Position numbers and translations under genes: made by a program. From contig BAAIJX010000054.1 in the NCBI GenBank assembly GCA_054600435.1, positions 62,001-126,000 on the forward strand: a stretch of DNA of 64,000 bases, read 5' to 3'. Positions 21,639 through 31,472 of this stretch are shown here, one piece after another. The stretch is from Neophaeotheca triangularis. Taxonomy: Eukaryota. The notes beneath the pieces are model-generated. The model had not been told where the DNA came from. It worked only from the letters and a program-made list of their open reading frames with translations, and made no database searches. Within the stretch, counting starts at the first letter, position 1. The number at the start of each line of letters is the position of its first letter.

Positions 21639-22749
21639 CTACTTGCGATTTTTCTTGCTCGGGCAGTGCTTTTCGATATGGCCCGGCTTGCGGCAAGCGG
21701 CGCACAAATCACAGTTCTCGCTGGAGTGAGACCGCGATTTGCAGTATTTGCACACGTTGACGTCCTTGCCTGGACAATCGTGGTCGATCGGCTTCCTTTC
21801 ATGGCACTTGTCGCAGTGACGCACACGTGGTTGATTGCATTCGCCAACTCTGTGCCCGGTCTGGTTGCAGTTGAAGCACCTCTCTAGCTGAGTACAGCTC
21901 TGAGAGGTGTGGCCTTGTCTGTTGCAAATTCGACAAATCGGCTTTGGGTCTGGCGTACGCGCATGCGAGGGCTACTGCCGTTGAATGGGGCTCTTCTGTC
22001 GGCGCCGGGGGCTGCGGCTGCGGAATCTGTCGGCACGCTCATTCCTGGCTGGTGACCTGCTTCGTCGACGAAGCCGGTTGTCGGCTGCCAAGGGGGGTTT
22101 ACCCACTAGGGTCTGGGCCTTTCCTTTCTAGTAGGTAGTAGCTTCCCTCGCTTCCTTGAGATCCTATGTCTTGTTCCACTAGCGTGCGGATGGTCTCGGC
22201 GTCGGATTCGCTCCCTTGAGCTGGTGTGGCGTACCGTGTACGTCGCTGGACCCGGATGGCCCTACGTAGGTGCTCCATACTGCCCGTAGTATAGCGAAGG
22301 TTGCGGCATCTGCATGGGCGGGAAGCCAAACTGGTTCCATGGCGTTTGCATTGGCATCTGCATCGGCATCTGCATTTGTTGCGGCGCTTGCTGGCCATAT
22401 CCTTGGCTGGGATTGTTTTGTTGCTGCCGCGCTCTTGCGCTGGTCATCCTGTTCGCCTCCCGCCTCAAGGAGTCGTCGTGGCGACCGTAGATGTTTTTTG
22501 CCACTGGGCAGACACCCCCGGGGTGGCCAATGCCGTTGCAGTGCTGGCATCTGTTCTCACACTCGCGCCAAGTGTGCTCGGCCGACAGGCAAGTGATGCA
22601 TTTCCCTCTGTACGTGGGCTCGAGTTGGTCCCGGCATCCTGCCTTTGCCCTTAGGCCTGTTTGGTGGGTCGTCTAAACACGCGTTAGTGACTTTTTCTGC
22701 AAACCCTCACAGACTTGCGCGATTTCAACTTATCTGGATTGTAGCCCAT
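21639..22749 (-). pseudogene. Spliced multi-zinc-knuckle (CCHC) protein gene, about 338 codons, with four in-frame TAG codons
   Basis: Predicted exons 22749-22711, 22672-22235 and 22178-21639 (introns GTGAGG..CTAAC..TAG, 38 nt; GTACGC..TAG, 56 nt). Knuckles: CITCLSAEHTWREC, CQHCNGIGHPGGVC, CRICNRQGHTSQSC, CFNCNQTGHRVGEC, CKYCKSRSHSSENC, CAACRKPGHIEKHC. Linkers are Q/M/P-rich and RS-rich. TAGs at 22264, 22166, 22130 and 21974. Confidence 0.8.
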
Positions 22750-22809
22750 TGCTAGGACGATGGTGCTAGGCGGTTGTTGCTGCTGCAGCGGTGGATGTTG
22801 GCTTGATAT

Positions 22810-22856
22810 GAAGAAGAAGAAGAAGAAGAAGAAGAAGAAGAAGGAGAAGAAGAAGG
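22810..22856 (+). repeat. (GAA)n microsatellite
   Basis: About 15 near-perfect GAA/GGA units between the divergent zinc-knuckle and coiled-coil genes. Confidence 0.9.
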
Positions 22857-23110
22857 ATTGAGCGTGGGAGATTGGAGTTTCTAGCAAAGTACGCCAGCCT
22901 TTGCTTGTCAAGCATTGTACTCAGGCTGACTTTTCGCGAGGTCACCTGGATACTAGGCAACAACGTAAACTGCAGAAGAATAGCCGAGTTACGATGGCCC
23001 AGATGTGGTAAGCGTCGAAACGGGGCACCTGGGCGAAATCTCTGTTTCTCATTTCATCGAAGCTTCTTCCTTGTCGTTACTATTGTACAAACAATTTCTC
23101 CGTCTGCAAC

Positions 23111-23299
23111 ATGCCGCCACCGCTGGTCGAAGACCGCGATGTCGACTACGATGCCCTGATAAGGAAGTCGGAGGCAGAACTGGACTTGCTCCGGGCGAAG
23201 AAAGCCGCCAAAAAGGCCAAGGAAAAGGCAGAGGTAGCTGAAGCAGAGGCCTAGAAGGCCGGGAATTGGAAAGAAGTAGACGAAGCCAGGAAGGCATAG
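23111..23299 (+). pseudogene. 5' part of a Lys/Ala/Glu-rich coiled-coil gene with in-frame TAGs
   Basis: MPPPLVEDRDVDYDALIRKSEAELDLLRAKKAAKKAKEKAEVAEAEA*KAGNWKEVDEARKA*; TAG at 23252 and 23297. Confidence 0.55.
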
Positions 23300-23780
23300 A
23301 GGTTCAATGGTCTGCTTAAGCTGTTCAGCCTCGTTCTCGAGCGCGGCGGTTTCCTTCTTCTTGATCTCCTCGGACGCGGCCATTTCGTTCTTCTTAGAGT
23401 CCTCGTGTTAGCGGAGCTTCTCCACGTGTTCCTGCTTGGTCCGCTCTATTCCCGCTGTCAAATCCTTGATGGTCTGTTTGAGCTGCTTGGCCTCGTTCTC
23501 GAACGCGGCGCTTTCCTCGCTCTTGGTCTTTACGGATGCGGCCATTTCTTCCATCTCGAAATGCTCTTCGTGGAGCTTCTCTGCGTGCTTCTTCTTCATC
23601 TGCTCGATTCCCGCTGTCATTTCCGCAACGCTCCGTTTGAGTTGCTTGGTCTCGTAGCTCGTTTACAAACGCATTAACTACCACTCGCCTCATCGTGAAA
23701 CCACATTCCGCTAGTTGATCTTGTAGGGCCTTCTCGGAATTCTGACATGCTTTGACGCGCAATGACGAGCGCCGCAAATC
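23300..23780 (-). pseudogene. Fragment of a coiled-coil repeat protein (about 160-bp units) with an in-frame TAA
   Basis: TAGIEQMKKKHAEKLH...EMAASVKTKSEESAAFENEAKQLKQTIKDL / TAGIERTKQEHVEKLR*...EMAASEEIKKKETAALENEAEQLKQTIE; TAA at 23408-23410. Confidence 0.65.
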
Positions 23781-24077
23781 GCCGGTCGATCGCTACTGTA
23801 ATTTGTCCATCCATCTTTTGCCTTGGGTGTCTACAGCTAACACCATGTCAAAGGGATTCACATGCTTTGCCCGGTTTCGCCATGCCATCTTTCAGATCGA
23901 TACTGCTGTTGGCTCCTGAAAGAAGCCACCAGATTGCCGCCCGGATGAGAGAGACACTGCACTTTTCCACACGGGAAAAGAAAAAAAAGTGGGGGGGGGG
24001 GGGGGGGGGAAGGGGGGTTAAGGAGGCCATTGAGCACGTCTATAACATGATACCAGACACTTCTACCGCCAAAACCC

Positions 24078-25897
24078 TCACTCGTCTTTCTTCCCGACCA
24101 TACCGCTCCTCCGCAATCCAACGAAGCATATGACCACTACAGTCACAGTGCCAGCGAAAATGGTCCAGAACGCCGCACGGAAGCCTTCCATAAGCACCCT
24201 CGCCTGATCTTCTTTACTAGAATGTTCGCTCACCGAAGCTGCAATGGCCGCTGTCACCGCCAGACCCACGGAGTTTCCGAACTGGGAGACCTCGTTGAAG
24301 ACACCGCCAGCGAGAGACTGAGTTTCCGGTGGAAAAGCATCAGAGATGACGATATTGGAGACGGTGAACAAGACTACAAGGACATTAGCGAGCGCGACTT
24401 CCAACCCGAAATCGGGCCACGATGCCAGGTATGCTCACCGTCGGGGCTCACAGGCGAGAGAAACATTGCCCAGAATGGCGCATACCAGTAGTTCTCGCCG
24501 ATATCAACTGTCGCCATGAGCGGCGGTGCTATCAGAGTGATCAGTGCGGAAACCACGGCCATAGTCTGCACTTTGACTCGAGATATCAGCCACGCGGTGG
24601 CGACGTTGACTATCACGCCCATCACGACGTGCGGTAAGAAGCGAATGGAGCTTTGTAGAGCCGGTAAGCCTTCAACTTGCTGGAAGCTGTTGCGAAATGT
24701 CAGTACGCTGAGTGGGGAGTGGTAGGCTAGAGGTACCGACTAGAGGGTTGTAAAGTACTCAATACCGTTCAGAGCGGCCCAGCAAAAGAAGACGGCGATG
24801 CAGACTGTCGTGAAGGAGGCATTGCGCCAGAGTCGATTTGGTATAAGAGCCGGACGGTTGTGCTTGACTGCGTAATCCATCCAGAGCGGAAAGATCCCAA
24901 GCAGAAGAACCGAGATGGTCAGCATCGCGATGCTCTGAGGATCGCGCAGATTCGTGTACGATGAAGATGTTGTGGCGAGGACGTAGAGAAGCATGCCGAG
25001 CGCCACGCTCAAAATAGTGGCTCCGATCCAGTCAATGTCTTCTACCAAGCGTCGCCATCTCTTCTTCTCGCTGTATTGTCTGACCTTCGGTAACGACCAG
25101 ATGGACGCCATTGATAGGCAGAAGTTGATGATGGCCATCATGTAGTAGGCCCAGCGCCATCCGATTGTGTCGGTGAATATGCCGCCCAAGACCAAGCCTA
25201 GAGCATACCCGAGCGGTTGGCCCATGCCGTTCATAGCAAACGCTACGTTCCGCCATCCGCCCTTTGGAAAGGTGTGTGTGATGAGGCTTACAGCGGTTGG
25301 CAGGCACATGGAGATGGCCACCCCTTGAAACGTCCTGAACAGGATGATTTGAATACCCGACTGGGCGAGCCCGATGGCTACGGTGAAGATGACATAGAGA
25401 AAGCTTCCAGTGACCCAAACGATCTTCGCGCCAATGACATCCGCTGCGGCGCCGAAGATGAGGAGCAAACACCCTGCTGCAAGGGCGTAAACGGCGGCGG
25501 GCCAGAGGATGAGTGCCTGGGAGAGCCCGATGTCTTCTGCGATTCGTGGCAGAGCTGCGATCAAGATGCCTGAGCCCATGGTGTTGAGGAAGCTGATGCC
25601 AGCCAGGGTGATGATGACTACAACTCCTCTCGTCTTGCTGACCTTGCTATTGATGGCGCTATAAGTCGTCTCGTTCGGCGTCTCACCAGAGTGTCCATGT
25701 TCTTGTTCGATGGCGATGGCTGGCTCTGGTGGTGAGAGTACTTGACGGCGTATCTCATCTTCATTTGGATTACGGTGCTGTTTGGGGGCAGGAATGGGAC
25801 TCGATGGTGGCGCGGTACCAGCTTGCAACGAGATGAGCTCAAAATCCGATGACCCAGCAGGGCAAACACTTTCCGACTGCGTCTGAGTGGTATTCAT
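24078..25897 (-). CDS. MFS drug:H+ antiporter (DHA2/Atr1-like), 3 exons
   Basis: Motifs LLIFGAAADVIG, FRTFQGV, GLVLGG, GWRW, DWIG and QSLAGGVFN. Introns at about 24740-24688 and 24438-24375 with CTGAC/CTAAT branch sites join the ORF fragments. Confidence 0.92.
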
Positions 25898-26350
25898 GTT
25901 GTAAATTTACGTCTATGGCCTTTCATTGACTAGTGTAGTGCAATACCAAAACCTACTTATCTAACGTAGTGTTTGCCACCTGTTTAATAAGTACAGCGAG
26001 ATCGAACGATGAAGCCAAGGTTGTAGTAGTCACGACCTTCATTGGTAAGCATGGTATGGGGCGACGTCAGCCGCAAATTGAGGGGTTGAGGTATGTCCAC
26101 CAGTAGAAAGCCAGATACTGTAGTATCTGTACAAAGCAACGTGCTCTCATTGGCGCTGGAAACCGGCCATGTGCACATCGCTCTAAAAGAGACATATACC
26201 CTACCGACCCCCGTGTCCTCATCGCCACACCCCGCATGAATGATAGAAACGACAGCTTCAACAGCTCCCCGATTATCCCAAGATATGTAATCAAGTGACA
26301 AGAATGCATACTGCGCACTCCAGTTGCGGGCACCACTCGACCACAAAAAC

Positions 26351-28125
26351 TCAGATCTTCGAGAACACCAGGTCCAGACCCCCGCAATCAACGGTGAACT
26401 GATCAAGCGTCTTGTGCAGCAGCCTCTCCCCGTCTTCACCATCGGCCAGCCGAACGTCAAACTGCAACAGCAGCTTCGTAGTCAAGGTGCGCAACTCCGT
26501 CAGTGCCAGGTTCTTGCCGATGCAGCCCATAGGTCCGGCGCTAAAGGGCGCGAAAGCGTCTTTGTGCTTGATCATCTCGGATTTACTGTACCAGCGCTCG
26601 GGGACGAAGTCGTTGGCTTTGGTGTAGTATTTCTCGTCTGTGGGAAGGTGGTGGGGTTAGTTCGTGTGCTTTTGGGATTTAAAAGATGGGTTGGAAGGGT
26701 CGAGGCTTACCTCTTCCCATCACGTATGTCGGAGTGATATACGTGGTATGTCCGGGGATAAAAGTGTCGCCGACGCGGAGGCCTTCTTTGGGAGTTTCGC
26801 GGCTGACGCCCGACGGCACTGGAGGGTGCAAGCGGAGGGCTTCGTTGATGCAGCCATTCAGGTGTGCAGCGAACCTAATGTCCTTGTCGCCCCAGTTGCC
26901 GCCCTGAACCAAAGGGCGGAGCTCCTCTCGCAGCTTCGTGACTTGCTCGGGGTCCTTTGCCAAGTGGAAGAACAAAAAAGTCAACGCGGTAGCGGAAGTG
27001 TCGCTGCCGGCGACAATCAGCAATTGTGTGTCGAGCAGAAGCGATGGGTCGTCTTCAGGTTGCTTGACGTCTTCGTGAGACTTCAAAAGCCATGACATGA
27101 TGTCGCTGCCACCCTCCTTATCGACCGCGTCGGAGTTTTTGACACGCCAGGTCAGCTCGTCCTTGCAAAACTTAATGAATTTGAAATAGTCCGCCGCGGC
27201 ACCAGGGATTTGTCTTAGTACCCGAACAGACCAGAGAGGCAGCTGATACGCGAGCAACAGCATGCTCTTGCTCAGAAGTGCGAGCGCACGGTGCTTCTTA
27301 CCCTCATCCAGCATCCCGTAGTTTTTGCCAAATGTCAATCTAGCCATCACGTCGAACGACCACAAGTTGAAGAACAAGCTAACGTCCAGAGGCTCTCCAC
27401 TATCGGCACTACGGCTCACTCGGTCGATGATCTTATCGTTCAAAGCAGATATCTTGACTTCGTAATCGCGGATAGCGCGATCTGAGAACGCGGGAGCCCA
27501 AAGTCTGCGGCGCTGTGCATGTTTCTTCGCACTGCGCTCAGTCTGGAGCGAATGAGCTGGGTGAGCTGCATCGTACCAGACGCTTTTGATGACTTTGGAA
27601 CTGGGCCCGAAGGTTGGTGCCATGAAATCAGCGTCCGCGACCGAGAGCTGTACGCATCCTTGGGTCAGTCACAACTGTAACAAGTGCCGAGATATTCAGT
27701 GGTCTTACGTCGCCTGAACCAATGCGAACGATAGGCCCGTACTGTTTGTGCATTTTTTGAAGTACGTGGCAACGATCACTGTTGAGTAATTTCGTCGTAA
27801 AGTAAGGAGTTGCTATGCGTGCGAGCCATGGGCCAGGGAACTGGTTGAGCGGGTTCAAGAAGGTACGGTAGATGAGCAAGCTGCTGTAAAGACCGGTCAA
27901 GAAACACGCCGTCGCGATCGACGCTTGGAACAACGCTTCCCAGATACCGAAATCATAAAGTTTGGTCATCGCAAACATCGACGCGGCTTGCGTGAAAAGG
28001 AGTGCCTCCAAGTAGAGCGTAGGGTATAGTTGGACGTGTCGAGCTCGGTTGAAGTACAGAACGTGACATGCTACACCACTCACCGCTGTCAGCAGCATAG
28101 TAGCGGGCGACAAGTTCGCAGACAT
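26351..28125 (-). CDS. Cytochrome P450 monooxygenase, 3 exons
   Basis: N-terminal TM, NPLNQFPGP, YGPIVRIG, I-helix AGSDTSA, K-helix EALRLHPP, PERW and heme motif PFSAGPMGCIG. Confidence 0.94.
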
Positions 28126-28796
28126 CCCGACGTGAATGATGAATCCTGACTTGTATTGGTGATGGAAAAAATTGTCGTCCGATGGTTGGCCGTTTTGAGT
28201 TTCATTATATAAAGGCACAAGCTGGCCCCGCACGCTGGTATCTCGTTTATATAAATAAGTACCTTGCATTGGGCTTACCGTGTTGTCAGCCGGATAAATC
28301 CCACACGACCGAGGGCTTCGGCTATAGTTGCAGACCGTTTCTGGAATCCGTGAAGAGGATTGTTAAGGTGTTCCTTGCGATGCCGGCGTTTGTGAGTGTC
28401 TCCGCCTCGAAGGGCGCGAGAAAGTATGCGAGATAATATCAGCCTCGCCGCTTGTCATGCGGATGAGCTGGCACGACCGGAAGCTCCGGCCTAACAGCTG
28501 AGCTGCTGTGTTATTTCAGCCAACAGCGGTCCGTGTGGAACCTTGCCAGACCCAATGGCATGTGACTACGGGTTGAAGCTCGTAGCACGCTACTGGCCAT
28601 CAGGCCGCCAGGTGACCAGGTAGAAACGAAGTTGCTGCCGTCAGCTCCATAGGGCGTAGGTACTGGCTGGGTGTCAGAAAAGAGTACGTAGGGCGTACGT
28701 GCCACTCAAGCATGCACTCACATCGTCCGCCGCGGTGTATTGATGAGCGCTCAGCGGCGTCTTACGAGGACAGAAACCTGCGCATATCGATGTGAC

Positions 28797-29507
28797 TCAA
28801 GACACCGTGGTCTCTTCGGAAGTGCTTTCGTCCCTTGCTCGGAGTCTCTCAGCTCTCTCATCGAGAGCAGTAGCGCGATCCTTGTTCATTTCTTTGCGCC
28901 AGATTTCGAGTTCCAGCATTCTCTTCCCTTGAGTGCCGGCCTGGTCATCACCTCGTAAGCCGTCATCTTTGCAGTCAAAATATAAAGCCCAGAGATCGCT
29001 GCCGGGAGTCTCCTCGACAGCCAAAAAACCCTCCCATCCTTCGAAAGTCACCCTCCGATCAACCTTCGTGACATCAAAAGGCCCAACGCGGTGATCTTGA
29101 GCATCGGCTCTGACTCCATACTTGACTTCATGGGTGTCTCGGTCGACATAGACCCAATTCAGAAACGGCGGATCCCGTGAAATCGTTGTCACCATTCCCT
29201 CTCCCTTGGCGAACCCACGTTCCCTCCATGCTTCGGCCATGCCAGGAAAGGGGAGAAAGTAGCCTTCGAAAGGGTGAAGATTGGTACCTCCGCCAATATC
29301 AACCCAAAACTTGTTGTCCTTGAGTACGATGTAAGCACCGTCGAAGCGTTGAGAGTAGAAGCTTCGCTTGAACAGGGTGACGGTCAAGTTGCTTTTTCGA
29401 CCACGATGTTCCTCCCGTGCATTCTGTCGCTGGCCTTCCTTGACTCCCTCAGTGGTCCCAATGATTGCAGGGACTGCTGCTACCGCAGCCAACAGACCCA
29501 GAACCAT
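28797..29507 (-). CDS. Conserved fungal hypothetical protein
   Basis: About 236-aa ORF starting MVLGLLAAVAAVPAIIGTTEG, with HPFEGYFLPFP, GMVTTIS.DPP.LNWVYVD, EGWEGFLAVEE and WALYFD..DDGL. I recall these as a Pezizomycotina family of unknown function. Confidence 0.85.
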   Translation of the reverse strand: MVLGLLAAVAAVPAIIGTTEGVKEGQRQNAREEHRGRKSNLTVTLFKRSFYSQRFDGAYIVLKDNKFWVDIGGGTNLHPFEGYFLPFPGMAEAWRERGFAKGEGMVTTISRDPPFLNWVYVDRDTHEVKYGVRADAQDHRVGPFDVTKVDRRVTFEGWEGFLAVEETPGSDLWALYFDCKDDGLRGDDQAGTQGKRMLELEIWRKEMNKDRATALDERAERLRARDESTSEETTVS

Positions 29508-29949
29508 TTCTGCAGTCACACTCTCGGAGAGGTAGTGATCCAGATGGTGCGGGAGCCTGAAATGTCAAGGGCAAATTTTGTCTTGACTAGCAGTAAATTT
29601 CTTGCTGTCTATATTTCATCCTGCCATCATTTCGAATGGAAAATGTGATAATTGGTATTGTTAGTGACAAGAATATAGAAGAAGAGGATGGAGTGCCTCT
29701 GATGAACATTTCTATCTGCTGTTCCCCGATCGGGTAATGCCAAGAAACCCGCGGTTGACTCCACCTCATGCTTTCCAGCGCCAACGACAGCAACAAAGTT
29801 ACTTCTCACTAGCGTTATGGTCCGCTGTGGTCCGTTATGGAGCTTAGGTTGCTCACCCAGCAAAGTAGTGCCTGTCATTATTTTATTATTCCTAGCCTGT
29901 TCGCTACATGACAACGGATGGAACCCAAACGGCACGCATACCCTCCACG

Positions 29950-30392
29950 TTACAACAATCCAATGGTAATATCACCTTTGATTCTCGCTGCAATGGGGTC
30001 AGATCGAGCTCCAAAAGCTCATGAATTACTGGGTCAGCGCTCTCACCTGAGATGTGAACCTCGACGTCCAGATCAAGGTTGATATGAATTCTCAAGCTGC
30101 CCTTGTCGTTCTCTGATTTGTCTTGATCTTGCTTGACATCAGATTTACCGCCACGGTTGCCGACCTTGCTGTTGTCCGCAGGGTCTTCCGCGTTCTTCGT
30201 CAAGGATCCTGCGGTGTCCTTCGCATCGTCTGCTTGCTTGCTGGGAATCGATCAGTCCTTGCGCGCCCACGAAGGACGGACAACACCGTCTATGCTGCTT
30301 ACCCTAGGTCCTTAGTCTTGTCGCTACTGCCTTGTTAGTATCTTCCAAGCATGAGCAATGTTGGATGCTTGACTGACCCCAAAGCTGACATA
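29950..30392 (-). CDS. Small hydrophilic conserved fungal protein with a C-terminal LRIHINLDLDVEVHISARIKGDITIGLL motif; multi-exon, 5' exons unresolved
   Basis: An intron GTGAGA..CTGAC..CAG (about 30046-29989) completes the motif and gives TAA at 29950. Two further intron-like segments lie upstream, but I could not reconcile their phases. Confidence 0.75.
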
Positions 30393-31472
30393 TTGTTTGC
30401 TTCTGCGCTCTTTTGGAGATGGTGCAGTTGAAAATGGGGGCCTGATTTCCCTATGATGACTTGTTTGTGGTGTTTTACCGGGTTGATCAGGAGGAGGAAG
30501 AAACAGTGAATCGACCAAACGGCAACGCAATTATAAAACGTCAGTCTCTTGGATGGTCGCGGACTGCGAGTTCGCAAGTTACCGACGGCAGGGTAAACAT
30601 CAGGAACTACATCAGCATGCAGAAGTGGATACCATACCACGAAGATCCGTCCAAAGTTTCGTCCAATCAAGAGGCGCGAGCGATTCGAGTGAGAAGCTCA
30701 GATTCAAATCGGTCGGGGTAACATACTATCTCAATCCCTCTCTGCGAGATTTCTTTGAGTATTGACCACCAAACTGGAGACTCCAGGAGATGGCAGTTGG
30801 ACGATTGCCTCGTAATAATCACTTTTCTCAGGTGTGATGTTGCTTGCTTCATACGACTTTCCGGGCTTCTCAAAACTCGAGGGCCGCAGCAAAGGATTTC
30901 AAATTGTAAGGGATCCGTAAATGCACAACGATCTACGAAAAACCACTTTAATCTTCCCGATGTGATTGTGCAATGACGCTTTTGGTAGCGTTACCCGACG
31001 AGCCGGCTTCGATCGATACCAAATCTGGTCTTACCATACTCTTTTCAGGCAATACAGCTGGACAGATGAACACACGCATTGGGAGCTTTCCCCACCATAT
31101 CGCATTGGTTTTTGTTCCAAAAGTCTATCTGATAATCTGCTGCTCATTTGAATGATAATCGTCCGACACCGCGCCGATCCTAAAGATGACGCAAGCAAAG
31201 GGCTGCGTTAGGAAGGCATCCACCTGTGGGTGTTTCCGATTCTTATTAGATGACTGGATCTTATTGAAAATGAATGTTGCGTGGGGCGTCAGGCCGGCTT
31301 GACAGCGAGAAATTGGATGCCTGAATCTATCCTCGCTATCGTCGAGGCCAACGACAAGCGCGGAACTTGGCCTGCTCTACCTCAACTGACCAGGACAAAC
31401 TCCATTTGAAACCACTGGAACTGCTTGTCTCCATCGGGATACATAATCGGGTTCCCAGGCGTTGGTTTCCCA

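Noticed and set aside
21639..22749. LTR or LINE retrotransposon Gag
   Set aside because: No protease, RT, RNase H, integrase or LTRs were seen nearby, and the gene model contains spliceosomal introns.
19682..28125. Psilocybin-like cluster idea (PSD-family decarboxylase plus P450 plus MFS)
   Set aside because: The decarboxylase has PSD2-type motifs (RLAPQDYHR) rather than PsiD-type, and no kinase or methyltransferase is present.
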